A stretch of 64,000 bases of DNA, from positions 39,246,001 to 39,310,000 of the forward strand of contig OX597825.1 of NCBI GenBank assembly GCA_951406725.2, read 5' to 3'. This document shows positions 13,340-25,195 of the stretch, piece after piece. This DNA is from Octopus vulgaris. Taxonomy: Eukaryota. The notes under the pieces were generated by a model. It did no database searches. It was not told where the DNA came from and was given only the letters and a program-made list of their open reading frames with translations. Position numbers and translations under genes: made by a program. The stretch's first letter is position 1. The number at the start of each line of letters is the position of its first letter.

Positions 13340-14365
13340 AACGAAAATGGAGAGAACTGAGTATTACACTATCAAAAGGTACCTTCATTTGAAAGGCATG
13401 ACTCCATAGCATATACAACAGTTAGACGCTGGATAAATGAATTCAAGCGTGGAAAAGGAGAGTGTGGAAGATGATCCCAGACAAGGGAGACCTCCAACTG
13501 CAACCACCAAGGACAATATTGACCTTGCTCCTGGTATGATAATGCAATATCGCCATATATATTGTCGTCAGATAGCCGAGAGACTGGGCATCTCAAATGA
13601 CAGAGCAGACAACATTGTGACAAAAGAACTTGGGTTCTCAAAGGTTTCCGCAAGGTTCGTCCCTCACCGTTTGACTCCTGAACAGAAACGCACTAGGTGG
13701 ACTTTGTCCACGAGCAATCTGGAAATGTTTGAAGCCGATAATTTTCTTGCTCGTTCTATTACTATGGACGAAAGATGGGTTCATCACTACAAGCCTGAAA
13801 CCAAAGAACAATCGAAATAGTGGAAGCACACATCTTCTCCTATCCCAAAGGAGGCCAGTCTTATTCCTTCAGCTGGCAACGTCATGGTGTCTGTTTTTGG
13901 GGATTTTCAATGTGTCTTGCTGATCGGTTACCTTGTAAAGTGACACATTGTGACAGGGCTGTATTATTCTCAGCTACTGAAACGCCTACAAGAAGCAATA
14001 AAAAAAGGCCAGCAGTGCTCACCACGGGAGGCCTTTTTCATCACAACAATGCTCCAGCTCACAACTCAGTGGTTGCCATGGCAACAATTCGTGATTGTGG
14101 ATACGAACTAGTTCCCCATCGGTCTTATTCGCCAGAATTAGCCCTCTCTGACTTTCCTATATTCCCCAAAACGAAAAAAGCCCTGGCTGGTCGCCATTTT
14201 GCCAGTGATAATAACGTCATAGACGCTGTAGGAAGTTTCTTGGAGTCTCAAACACAAGAGTTCTTCTACGCCGAGATAATGGCAAGGGGGACTATATTGA
14301 AAAATAAAAGTCTTGTACCATGTTTTGCATTTTTGAGGTTGAAGTCTTTTCACACACCCCTTGTA
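13340..14365 (+). mobile_element. mariner (DD34D-type) transposon, defective
   Basis: EDDPRQGRP, ARFVPHRLTPEQK, ITMDERWVHHY, HHNNAPAH, HRSYSPELALSDF; right end ...cacacaccccttgTA resembles a mariner TIR plus TA target. Confidence 0.9.
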
Positions 14366-14559
14366 TATAGTGGCAGAAACACCGGGCATAGCCGGGAATA
14401 ATTTTTTCTTATGCATCCCAAGAAAAAAGCAAAATATGCTGTATACAATTTATTTTTCAATTGGGGTAAAGTTTATTCTTTAATTGGGAAATCAATTCGG
14501 AATTCATAATACAAAATAATAATAATAATAATAATAACAACAACAACAACAACATAAAC

Positions 14560-14589
<30 letters not shown>

Positions 14590-14590
<1 letters not shown>

Positions 14591-16042
14591 GAGAAACGTA
14601 ACATTCCCAACAAAACGATGTAAACAAAAAACAACAAAACCAGACCGTAAGGATACATAATAATATACGACAAACAGCAAGCCAAACACGACAAACAAAC
14701 GTACGGATGAGATAGAATGCGACACAAAACTAAAACCTGGAAACAACGAAGGGAAGCCTAATGATTATGAAACTATAAAAAGAAGAATAATCAAAGAACT
14801 GAAAACCATAGAGCTCAAAATGGATCACCGACCATACCTCCCAAAAATCAAAATAGACAAAACAACAACATCAATTATAAACAGCATATATCTAGCCGTC
14901 ACGGAACTAATAGCCAGTGAAACAAAAAGCGATATCACTGAGCTAAATGCAGCAGCCACTGCAGTCACAAAAGAAGCTGGATACTCACTCAAACACATCC
15001 AAACAGGAGTACCACCACCCAAACAAACCCTGTGGATAAGTAACATCCAAAACAAAATACAAAAACTGAGAAACGATCTGTCAATTCTTAATGAAATCAG
15101 TAGACAATCAACGCTACTGAGTAACAAAAAGAAAACAAAAATATTCCGCAAATACCACACCACAGAAAAAGATTTACCTGAGATAAAAGAAAACCTGAAG
15201 CAAGATATCCTTGCCAAAGCACAAAGGACCCGCCGGTACGAGAAACGCCAGCGCTTCTTTGAACAAAACAAAAAGTTCAACTCCAACCCCAAAAAGTTCT
15301 ACCAAGAACTGGGCAAGAATAAAATAGAAATCACTGCAGCACCAACGGCAGAAGTGGAAGAATACTGGAGAGAAATATGGTCGGCGAATGAACAACCAAA
15401 GAAAGGAATATTAAAACAACAAACTCAGCATCTGAGCAACTTTTGACCCCAATAACAACTGAAAAGGTCACCCAGGCACTGCAAAGACTAAGCAATTGGA
15501 AGGCACCTGGGCATGACAAGATCCCCAACTTCTGGTTGAAATATCTAACAGGAATGCACAAAAAGCTGGCTGAAAATTTTAACAACATACTGGCAGAGCC
15601 AGAGACAATGCCTCATTGGCTCATGAAGGGGAAAACCATCTTAATTCCCAAATCAAATGAGACAGCAAAACCAGAAAACTACAGACCTATAAGCTGTCTC
15701 CCTACAATGTACAAAGCATTTACTGTAGTAATATCGCAAATATTGAACAAGCACCTGGACGAAAACAACCTGTTTCCAGAAGAGCAGAAAGGATGCCGCA
15801 AAGGCTCGTATGGCTGTAAAGATCAACTAATGATCAATAAAGCCATAACTGAAGACAGACACAGAAAGAAGAAAGACCTCAGTATGGCCTGGATCGACTA
15901 CAAAAAGGCGTTTGATAGCATCCACCACACATGAATTCTCGAAACCCTAGCCATGAAAAACACGAGCAAAGCAAAAAACTGTTCTCAGTATTTAAGGAAG
16001 CTGACAAATACAAACAAGAAATCATGCCACCTAACAAATATG
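14590..16042 (+). mobile_element. R4/Dong-like element, N-terminal region and RT start, internally deleted
   Basis: FNSNPKKFY, NWKAPGHDKIPNFWLKY, NYRPISCL, EQKG, WIDYKKAFDS; begins after (AAT)n and ends in (GAA)n. Confidence 0.9.
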
Positions 16043-16183
16043 AAGAAGAAGAAGAAGAAGAAGAAGAAGAAGAAGAAGAAGAAGAAGAAGAAGAAGAAGA
16101 AGAAGAAGAAGAAGAAGAAGAAGAAGAAGAAGAAGAAGAAGAAGAAGAAGAAGAAGAAGAAGAAGAAGAAGAAGAAGAAGAAA
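16042..16183. repeat. perfect (GAA)n microsatellite, ~140 bp
   Basis: Directly visible. Confidence 0.98.
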
Positions 16184-16189
16184 AGAGAA

Positions 16190-16792
16190 GCTTGCCTTTG
16201 AGTCATTCAAGAAAGTTTGCGATAACTTCCTGGGCAATCATCGTTCAGAAGACAAGTTGTGAATGATCTGCTGAGTCATTACCATGATATGGGATGTAAC
16301 AAACTCTAAAAGTTCATGTGCTTCACTCTCATTTGAATTTTTTGCGGAAAATCTTGGTGATGTGAGTGATAAACATGGCGAAAGATTCTGTCAGGATATT
16401 TCAGTGATGGAGTGACGATTCAAAGGAAGATGGAACCCTGGCATGTTGGCAGACTACTGCTGAGGTATAAAAGATCACACTCTGCAAAAGAGGCTTAGAA
16501 GGACAAAAGTTGTTTAAACTGACAGGTGTGTTTTTAATTCATAACCCATATGTGTTTTGTTATACCAACTAAAATTTTCTTTTGTTTTTTGTAACTTTCA
16601 GTATTTACAATGTTGTGTTCAATACGCAATATTATGCAGTAAATTATAAAAAAAATATGGTTCATGCTACAGGAAAACGGTGCCTAATCTGGAGAAGTAA
16701 AGTTCAGAATCAGAATCAGGACAATTTTTTGACCCAGAAACAAGTCTTACTTAACTTGTACTTTTTTTGAACCTGAAATTTGTTGCACAGTG
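16190..16792 (+). mobile_element. Chapaev3-like (CMC) DNA transposon 3' fragment
   Basis: Translates with frameshifts to LHSHLN..ENLGDVSDKHGERFCQDISVME..KGRWNPGMLADYC; terminus ...CACAGTG followed by TTA fits CACTG TIR / TWA target. Confidence 0.7.
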
Positions 16793-16869
16793 TTATTCAT
16801 GCATCACAAGTATGGGAGCAATTAGTAAAGCTGTTTGCGCGCGGAATAGCGAATATACACACACATCTC

Positions 16870-16921
<52 letters not shown>

Positions 16922-16928
<7 letters not shown>

Positions 16929-17331
16929 GCAATTGATCGTAGGTAAGGCCAAGACAATACGAAGTAAATGCAAGGTAAATCATAATAAATATGTGAATTA
17001 TTGTTGACTTACATTGTATTCAATATTTCGGGAGTTATAACCCCATTATTAAGAAATAGACGAATGCTGCCGATGTGCGTGTACACTAAAAGAAACCCAA
17101 GACCAACAACAGATGACAGTTTCAGGAAGCTCGCTGGTTGCTATAGCAACACCTTTCCGTGCATGTCCACTCCACACATCGACAACATTCGTCTATTAGT
17201 TGAAAATGGAGTCATAACCCCGAAATACTGAATACTAGGTAAGTCTATATTGATTTACACATTTTCTTTTCATTTACCTTGCATTTACTTCGTATTATTT
17301 TGGCCTTACTCACGATTCATTATACAATATA
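16922..17331. repeat. fold-back element, ~130-bp imperfect inverted arms next to (TA)n
   Basis: 16922-17050 is an imperfect reverse complement of 17203-17331 (aatacgaagtaaatgcaaggtaaat / atttaccttgcatttacttcgtatt). Confidence 0.85.
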
Positions 17332-18913
17332 TTCTACACAATGCTTAATAGTAATTATCCCATTATATACATATAGATATGTGTATGTGTGTGTATAAAT
17401 GTGTGTGTGTTTGTGTCCGGGTTTGGCGCCCCACCACCATTACTTAACAACAGGACTAAAGTGCAGTGCTCCAGGATGGCCACCGTCAATTGGGTGAAAT
17501 ATGTAAAAGAATAAATATTACCTGAAGAGCGTTCCGTACCACTACACGAAAGAGGTTCTTTGAATTTGTCCGATGTATTTAAGGCTAAATAGTAATTCTG
17601 TTTACATTTGCTTAACTGAGATATTTTGGTTGGATTATATAGTTATCGGTTTACACTTCTTTCTATATTCTATAAGTGTCACAATATAGAAATATTTCTC
17701 ATGGCACCAGCACACAATTTACAGATGCTTACATTTTAAATATTTTCTGTGAATTTTTCAAGGGTCCAGCTAGTTAATATTAATTAAATGAGAGAAATCA
17801 AAGGCAAAGCTTAATTTTGATTACTTTTAGAATACACTACCAACTATCTGGAACCAAAAAGATTACATTTAACAGGACGATAGCAAAGAAAAATCTTACG
17901 GCAATTATGCATCTTCAAAATGTTCATTTCAATAAAATTATAAACATATTCACCAAGGCGCTACAGAAATTTTGTTGTGCCAATAATAAAGGACATGCAC
18001 TGATTCAATTCCACTTCTTTATTATTTGTTAATTGGGTAAATATCGATCCAACTTATTAATCGATCAGACCATTACTTGTTGGTTAAACAGTCAATCATT
18101 TCGTTCTTTTATCTTTGTTAGTCAACGTTTCGTTGCTCCTCGCAACCTCTTCAGTGACTGTGATTCGGCAGCTTATTTTGAAGGGTGCTATCTCTCGAGA
18201 TTTCTTCTAATGCCTGTGTGTATGGGTGCTTCTCTGTATGTGTAAATAAGTGTAGTTTGGAAAAGGTTGTAAGTGTGGCAATGAAGGAAAAGTCTGTGTT
18301 TATGTTTGTACGTGTGTGTGCTTGTGTGTGTGCAGTTGTGTGTATACGTTTGTCTAACTGCTTGGGCGTGTGCGTTTTTTGTTTGTGAGTGAGCGTGGGC
18401 GCATGCCCTTACGTATGTTTCTGTGCTTGCATGTGCGTATGGGTACAAGGCCGATATGTGTATGTGTGTATTTTGTGCCCCTGTATATGTGCGTGTTCCT
18501 ATGCATTTGTATACGACTGCTTGTGCGTGCATTTCTGCCAATATGTGCAGGTAAATGTACGTGAATGTGAAATGGAAATGTACACATTATCCAATAACTT
18601 GGTACGGGCTATGTGTGTTTGTATGCGCCTGTCTGCCTTCTGTTTTTCTAATCCTACATTCTATGTCTTCTATATGTGCATATATTCCCATATCTATCTA
18701 TTTATTTATCTATCTATCTACCTACCTACCTAACATTTTACCTATCTGTCCGTCTTCCTACCTAAAGACATACCTACCTATGTAGCTACTTAACTATTTG
18801 TTCTACCAATCTAACTCTCAGCAATCCTAACATCCTAACTATCCATCTATCTATGAGCCTGCCCAAACACCTACCTATCTACTTGCCCTGTGCGTGCGTT
18901 GTTATTATTTGCA

Positions 18914-19545
18914 GAAATACTCTTCCAAGACATCCCAAGACAGCAAAAATTGTGTCAACGCACAAATTCCCATAAAGAATATTTGAAACCAAAAACGTAA
19001 ACGCAATAACGGAAACATACAAAATGTTTGTGTAAAATTAATAAAACACTAAAAGCAAAAGAAATACTGATGTTAGAGGCGTTTGTTGTAACCAAAATGA
19101 GTGAAAAGCATTTCAAATTGTAAGGGTAGAAAGTAAACTTTTACCTACAGAATGAGAATTTCGTATGAAGATGATCGTGTACATTACTACCAATCAAAAC
19201 TAAATTGTACGATATCCAGGATAATTCTGTAGCTCTGAATCCAAACACTGATCCAAATGTTGGCACGGGATTACATTTCAATGCGTCTTATGGCCAAATA
19301 CTTTTCAACTGAAGCTATGAAGGATATAAAAGGATTAAGATTATATTATTTACCTGCAGAGTATTAGTGGGATACCCACAGAAGACACATTTTTGATAAG
19401 GCCATCCACTATTGAACTACAAAATCTATGTCTCCAACCATGACAAATGTTTCATTTGATTTTGCATAAAACGAAGTCAAGATTAGAAATATCTCCATAA
19501 TAGAACAGGTACAAATATATATCAGAACACTATATTGAAGATTTG
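18914..19545 (+). pseudogene. possible decayed PARP-family catalytic-domain exon
   Basis: After acceptor-like ttattattttgcag, broken frames give FQIVRVESKLL, NVGTGLHFNASYG, IILFTCRVLVGYP and QIY/SEHYIE, in the order of the PARP motifs IxRIQN, YGxGxYF, MFLCRVLVG, QIYPEYLI; stops and frameshifts present. Confidence 0.45.
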
Positions 19546-19616
19546 TAATGTCATTATAATCTGCAGTATAACAATCCACAGAGAATGAGTTAGAGACAGA
19601 AGGAAGAAAGTACGGC

Positions 19617-19661
<45 letters not shown>

Positions 19662-19875
19662 TGCAGTGAGAGACAGTTTACTTTGCTGTAAACCAACAAG
19701 TGGAAATGCCATGCATCATAATCAATTACTTAAATCTAAAAGCTATAATGCATATTCAAACAATTTCACGTATCTCCACGAAAAAAGACAATGAAATATA
19801 TATAATTAGGATTGGTTGTGGTCAATGAAGCATCATCTATTAAATTTGCACAGATAGAAATATATATCTGTATAA

Positions 19876-20235
19876 GTGGCTGTGTGGCAAGGAACATGGT
19901 TGTCAACAACATGGTCCCGGGTTCAGTCCTTTTGCATGGCAGCATGGGGACGTGTCTTCTACTATAGCCTCGTGCCGATCAAAGCTTTGTGAGTGGATTT
20001 GGTAGAGAGAAACTGAATAAAGACCATCATATGTGTGGGTGTGTCTCTGTGTTTATTTCTGTCCCTCATTAATGCCTGACATCCAGTGTTAGTGTGTTTA
20101 CGCCCCCATTTTACCCACGGTTTGGTAAAAAAAAGGCACATCGAAGAAATACCAGGCTTAAAAAAATAGGATTTGGGTCGATTCACTCAATTAAAAATTC
20201 TTCAAGGTGGCTTGCACAACTGTTGTATAATGACT
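19876..20235 (+). mobile_element. SINE, family 2, degenerate
   Basis: A-box-like gtggctgtgtgg and B-box-like gggttcagtcc; 3' half related to 48895-49100 and 17410-17515. Confidence 0.65.
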
Positions 20236-20373
20236 AAAACAATATGTGTGTGTGTGTTTATATGTATATGTGTATATGTGTGTGTGTATGGAGAAAGAGA
20301 GAGAGGGAGAGAGAGACATTTATGTACGTATGTGTGTTTGTATGTACATATATATATTTATACATACATACAA

Positions 20374-20435
<62 letters not shown>

Positions 20436-20884
20436 AGAGGAGAACCACTAACAATTCAAATAGGGAAATTGAAGGGCGTTCATGCACTTGAGGCACAGAA
20501 GCCAGTTATCTGTTAAGAAACGTGACTTTAGGTAGATCCTGCTATTTAGATTGTCAATCGGTCGTTGAATACGGTTTGTCTGAGAAGCGTTTTAGCACCT
20601 GTAATTCCCTAAAAATCTTTGTGCGTTGGCTGTAGAGGTCTTGGTGGGTTGGTTGATTCCTAGCTGTAGTTTATCAGCCATGATGAAGATGATTGTCTAT
20701 ATTAGCGTAGTTTTCAGTAATACTATATGACGTGGTAGTAGTCGTTGATACCAATATTTGTAATAGTCGACGAAAGTATAATGTCAGGCAAAAACAACAA
20801 TCATCGTTGTACTAACAATGGTCTCCTTCGGGACAGCGGCGAATATAGTACTGGAAAGCAACAATATCAATCATCTTTGTAGTG

Positions 20885-21085
20885 CATTATTTACATTATT
20901 TACAATTGGCGGATACTTGTTGTTAACACAACTTTTCGGCTGATGTTCCTTCCAGCCTTCCTCAAGTTCGAAATTTCCTCAAGATACATCATGAAGGCTG
21001 GAGGGTATATCAGCCGAAACGTTGTGTTTACAACAAACAAGATGGAGATAAATATCCGTCAATTTTAAAAATGTAAATAACGTAC
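20885..21085. repeat. PLE pLTR-derived hairpin with degenerate hammerhead
   Basis: aacacaacttttcggctgat...ccagccttc is inverted relative to gaaggctgg...atcagccgaaacgttgtgtt; same family at 39930-40105. Confidence 0.75.
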
Positions 21086-22167
21086 ATAATTCCTCATCTT
21101 TTAAATATAGAATCGTCGTAGTGGTAGTGATGGTGTCCGGGGCAGCGGTGAAGAAGCGAAAGAGTTGTAATTTATAGGATCTAACTTCGGTCGATTATTG
21201 ATCATTAGGTTAAGCGTGGGGATCAACAATTATTCCATGGTACAGAGATTACCTTTATTTCTCTCCGTGGTCAATATGGAAGCATTAATCTCGTTGGTAT
21301 TTCTACCGCATTTGAGTTCGAGCTTGTGAAAGATGTGTTTGTAATATGTTGTTCCTTGAGTCGGACAATAGGGTCTTACTCCTGATTAAATACTGTACTG
21401 GTAAACAATATATATTTCTAGAGGCAATTGCTCACGTAACTGATAGCAGCAGATCTCTTTCGTTCAGGGTCGTTCAGCTGCGTGAGATATATTCATGTCA
21501 GGTTCCTACACATGGATAATCTTGAGCAGGCCAGTAATGTATTGAGACCTTCCTTGCAAATGACATTACGAATAGAAACGGGAGTCTACTGATCATACAG
21601 AGAAATCCTCGGGATGTGACAGTACGAGTAATACTTCTTTGCATGTATATCTAACTTGCAGCCGTGAAGAGTGTTATTTATGGCACTGGGTATTACTGAT
21701 GGTTCCAAAAATCTCTAGGAAATTGGTGACTGAAGTGGTCTGGCTTGCAGCTTTTTTTTATAGAACTACGCATCGATTTTCTCGCGTCCGTAATGCTTAG
21801 CAAAGCGGAGAGGAGGACAGGAAATCCTCTGTGACAGGTTGTTCAATAATCTGGTTCATTGTGTTGTTACAAATCTACGAGTGAGTGCATTGCATCCCTA
21901 TGAGAGGAAATGAACATGAGGATACCGTCCATATACCTGGTGACAAACGTGCATGAGTGATAGATTTTGAGTGTTCTTCGCTTTAACCAAACGACGTAAT
22001 CAATAAGTTGTAACTCCGAGAGGTTGGGTCCCATCGGCAGGGCGGAATGACACGTGTATGTATTGCCAAGGAAATCGAAATGCGTGTTTTGATCATGATT
22101 GACAACACTTGGTTATTTCGGAATTATTGAGTCCAAAACTGTGCAAATGTGAGGGAGAGAATGTACC

Positions 22168-22397
22168 TATTTCTTTATTACCCACGAGGGGCTAAACATA
22201 GGAAACAAACATGGACAGACATAGGTATTAAGTCGATTATATCGACCCCAGTGCTTAACTGGTACTTAATTTATCGACCCCGAAAGGATGAAAGGCAAAG
22301 TCGACCTCGGCGGAATTTGAACTCACAACGTAACAGCAGCCGAAATACCGCTAAGCATTTCGCCCGACGTGCTAACGATTCTGCTAACCCCCGCCTT
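22168..22397 (-). mobile_element. tRNA-derived SINE, family 1, full length
   Basis: Minus-strand head (...gttagcagaatcgttagcacg), B-box gagttcaaattcc and AT-rich tail; homologous to 925-1077 and 7225-7412. Confidence 0.85.
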
Positions 22398-22411
22398 AAA
22401 AAAAAAAAATC

Positions 22412-22502
22412 TGTCCCGGGTGAGGATCGAACTCACGACCTTCAGATTCCTCTTATTTGATACACGATTATGAGACTGACGCGCTGCCTACTGCGCTACC
22501 GA
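22412..22502 (-). tRNA. tRNA-Met(CAT) elongator-type copy with 21-nt intron (22448-22468); 5'-truncated, probable pseudogene
   Basis: Minus strand TCGGTAGCGCAGTAGGCAGCGCGTCAGTCTCATA-[21 nt]-ATCTGAAGGTCGTGAGTTCGATCCTCACCCGGGACA matches eukaryotic elongator tRNA-Met; intron at 37/38; followed by GA-T12; acceptor positions 1-3 do not pair. Confidence 0.88.
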
Positions 22503-23289
22503 TGTACCGCCATCATATGGACAGCGGGAAGAATTGAAGCAGAGGTGAGGAGCGATACAAGATTTAGACGAAAAGTAATCCTGAATGTATCAGATTCGAG
22601 TCGGTGTAGTTGCTGGGTGAGTTTGTTCTATCTGTTGAAATATCATGGGAACGACGATCGTCAGTGTCTCAGGAATGTAGTGAAGAAGAATAGGATTTTA
22701 TAAAATGGTCCTTCTATGAACTAGAAAATGGATTTCATGTGGAAGTCAGGTCCAGTTTGTGAGTTTTAATCCAGTGATAACATGCAGGCATCCTGCTTTT
22801 GTATGTAATGAAGATGCTTTTGTCATTTATTGGTAGTTTTCGCCACCTAGAAATGTTGGTTTAGGAGGGGATTTTTAATCAGGATATGAAGTAAAGTTGC
22901 AGTAACTCTCGTGAGTTTGTTATAAAGCTAGATGCTGCAATGTTATTACACTGCTAGGTTTTGCACAAGGCCAGTGCCATTACACAAAATACCTTGGCTT
23001 TGTCATGTTCTTCGCTTAAATATTTTTAAAGTGGCATTTTAAGATAAAGAAAGGTTGAGCGGGAGGGAATTAGCATATGTGACCAGGATGGTGAAAATGA
23101 AGTGTTTTAACCAAGAGAGATTACCGTCTAGGTGTCTGTTGGTTGTGGATAAGGGTGTGTAAAGTCAGGGAGGTAGATGATGAAACTGTGATGAGTGAAA
23201 TGGTAATTTTTCCTGGTTGTTTGTTCCATCGGAGACTTAGGTTGGTATATTCAACCTTCGGAAAACAACATTATTTCGAAGCAGAACGA

Positions 23290-23530
23290 AATTTAAGGAC
23301 GCTTGTATTTACATGAGATATAGCTATCCGCGTGCATACAAGGCGTTAACGAATCAGTTCTTTTGTATAAACTGTCATTGGTTCGTGAGAAAATACTGAA
23401 TTGCTCGCTCATGCGAAGGTAAACCGCATCGTTGATTTGAAGCTGCTGTTTTTGTATAGTTGCAGGTAATTTTAAAATCCGGACGACTTGACTCACGCAA
23501 CAATCATATAAACTTGGACAAAGCCTTATC
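23290..23530. repeat. unclassified dispersed repeat; inverted copy at 43415-43645
   Basis: aaggacgcttgtatttacatgagat...gacgacttgactcacgcaa matches the reverse complement of 43415-43645. Confidence 0.75.
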
Positions 23531-24162
23531 ACAATTTTTCTTGGGGGAATAACTAACCTTAACAGAGCTCCTCTTCGATATTTTCTATACTTATGCCCTG
23601 GAGGAAAATGGTGTTCTTTTAAATTAAGAAATTTGCCAGCTATATATTAATTTACTGCTAGTTTAAATACTGGGTTGTAACATAAAAATGAATGGACAAA
23701 AAACAAATCGTTTCAAAGAGAATTCATGGATGAGGTGGCATAAAATAATTATACAAATAAATAATGACCATCATAAATGCGATAACATTCAGACAACAAT
23801 CTAAATTACGATGATAAGAAATAAATTAAATACTTAACTATCAGTAATCATAAAGGTTCTTGCATCGGTGATTCACCATGTCCGGAGTCAGATGAATGAG
23901 ACAAGTAAAAGTTAAAGAGTAAAAGAATATAGATTCAACTATACATATGGAAAGCAGAAACGAAAGGAAGTGCTTAATCGCAAATATACAGCATAATATA
24001 ACGAGGTATAAGTTGATATGGCGCAAAGTTTCTACACACACATATATATGTAATGAAAGAATTACGTTCATGCATACACACATACATACATACATATATA
24101 CATACGTACATACATACATACATACGTACATACATACATACATACATACATACATACATACA

Positions 24163-24195
<33 letters not shown>

Positions 24196-24483
24196 GGCTG
24201 CCCCATCGTTATCGAGTATGGCCATTGCACGAAGCTGAACTGTTACTGGTGCTGTGATCGAATGTGACTTTTTAGCCCAGCTAAAGATCTACAATGTCTT
24301 GTACAAAATTGACAACATGCATACATACATGCATACATACATGCTTGCATACACGCAAACATACATGCATATCGATATATATCAATTTGTAGGAAAAAGA
24401 GGAATCCAAATACGTTACGGTGATATAAAACTGAGACTGCTACGTCACTCTCTCCTCTTTCTCACCCTATTTTTATGTGTGTG

Positions 24484-24519
<36 letters not shown>

Positions 24520-25044
24520 CTGATATTCACTAATATATCGCAAATACTTCACATATCGCACATAATGTGTAGACAGGCGCGCCGGAAAGCCTGTAATATC
24601 ACAATTCATTACCGAAAACTCAGTCCACTTCAACAGTTCGACTTCTACAAGTGCTCTCGTCTTCAGTTTTACGCCCACACAAACTCTGATTTATTCAACT
24701 ACAGTATATCCTTCACCTTTACCTTCCTAACATCTCCTACCAACCGTGTTGCTCTGTTGTCTTTCTTGACTACAAACAAATATATATATCGCAAGTATAA
24801 CAACCTAACTGCTAAGGAATACGCCTTCACATACAAACAGTCAATCACACGCACACACACACAATCATACACACATGCACACATCTCATGCACACATGAT
24901 CGACGAAACTATCAGGTTTTATTATATATCGCTGGTCACAATTCACTTAGCATTGTTTTTAGCTTTCGAATGTGACCATCCTACAGCCTAGATGAGTAGG
25001 CCAACATTCCTCCCGTTCAGATGACTATTCCACCACAAGGCACC

Positions 25045-25195
25045 CCTTTTACAACTGAGTGGACTGGAGCCACATGAAATAAAATGTTTTGCTCAAGAAC
25101 ACAACGTGACACTCAGTCTAGGAATCGGACCCATGGCGTTGTGATGTGTTCTTGAGCAAAAGCACTTTATTTCCCGTTGCTCTGTGACCATTTCG
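25045..25195. mobile_element. two inverted fragments of SINE family 3
   Basis: ttttgctcaagaacac followed by gtgttcttgagcaaaa; same motif as the SINE at 39325-39640. Confidence 0.6.

Larger units (their letters stand above)
21150..23280 (-). mobile_element. degenerate Penelope-like RT interrupted by the tRNA-SINE insert
   Basis: Minus-strand motifs in order: HWIKTHK (~22780), NLVSLLTS (~22560), NTHFDFLGNTY..LPMGPNLS (~22050), RYMDG (~21930). Confidence 0.72.

Noticed and set aside
22412-22505. Functional tRNA-Met gene
   Set aside because: Acceptor positions 1-3 are mismatched and belong to the TSD/PLE flank, and the copy lies inside a TSD-bounded insert.
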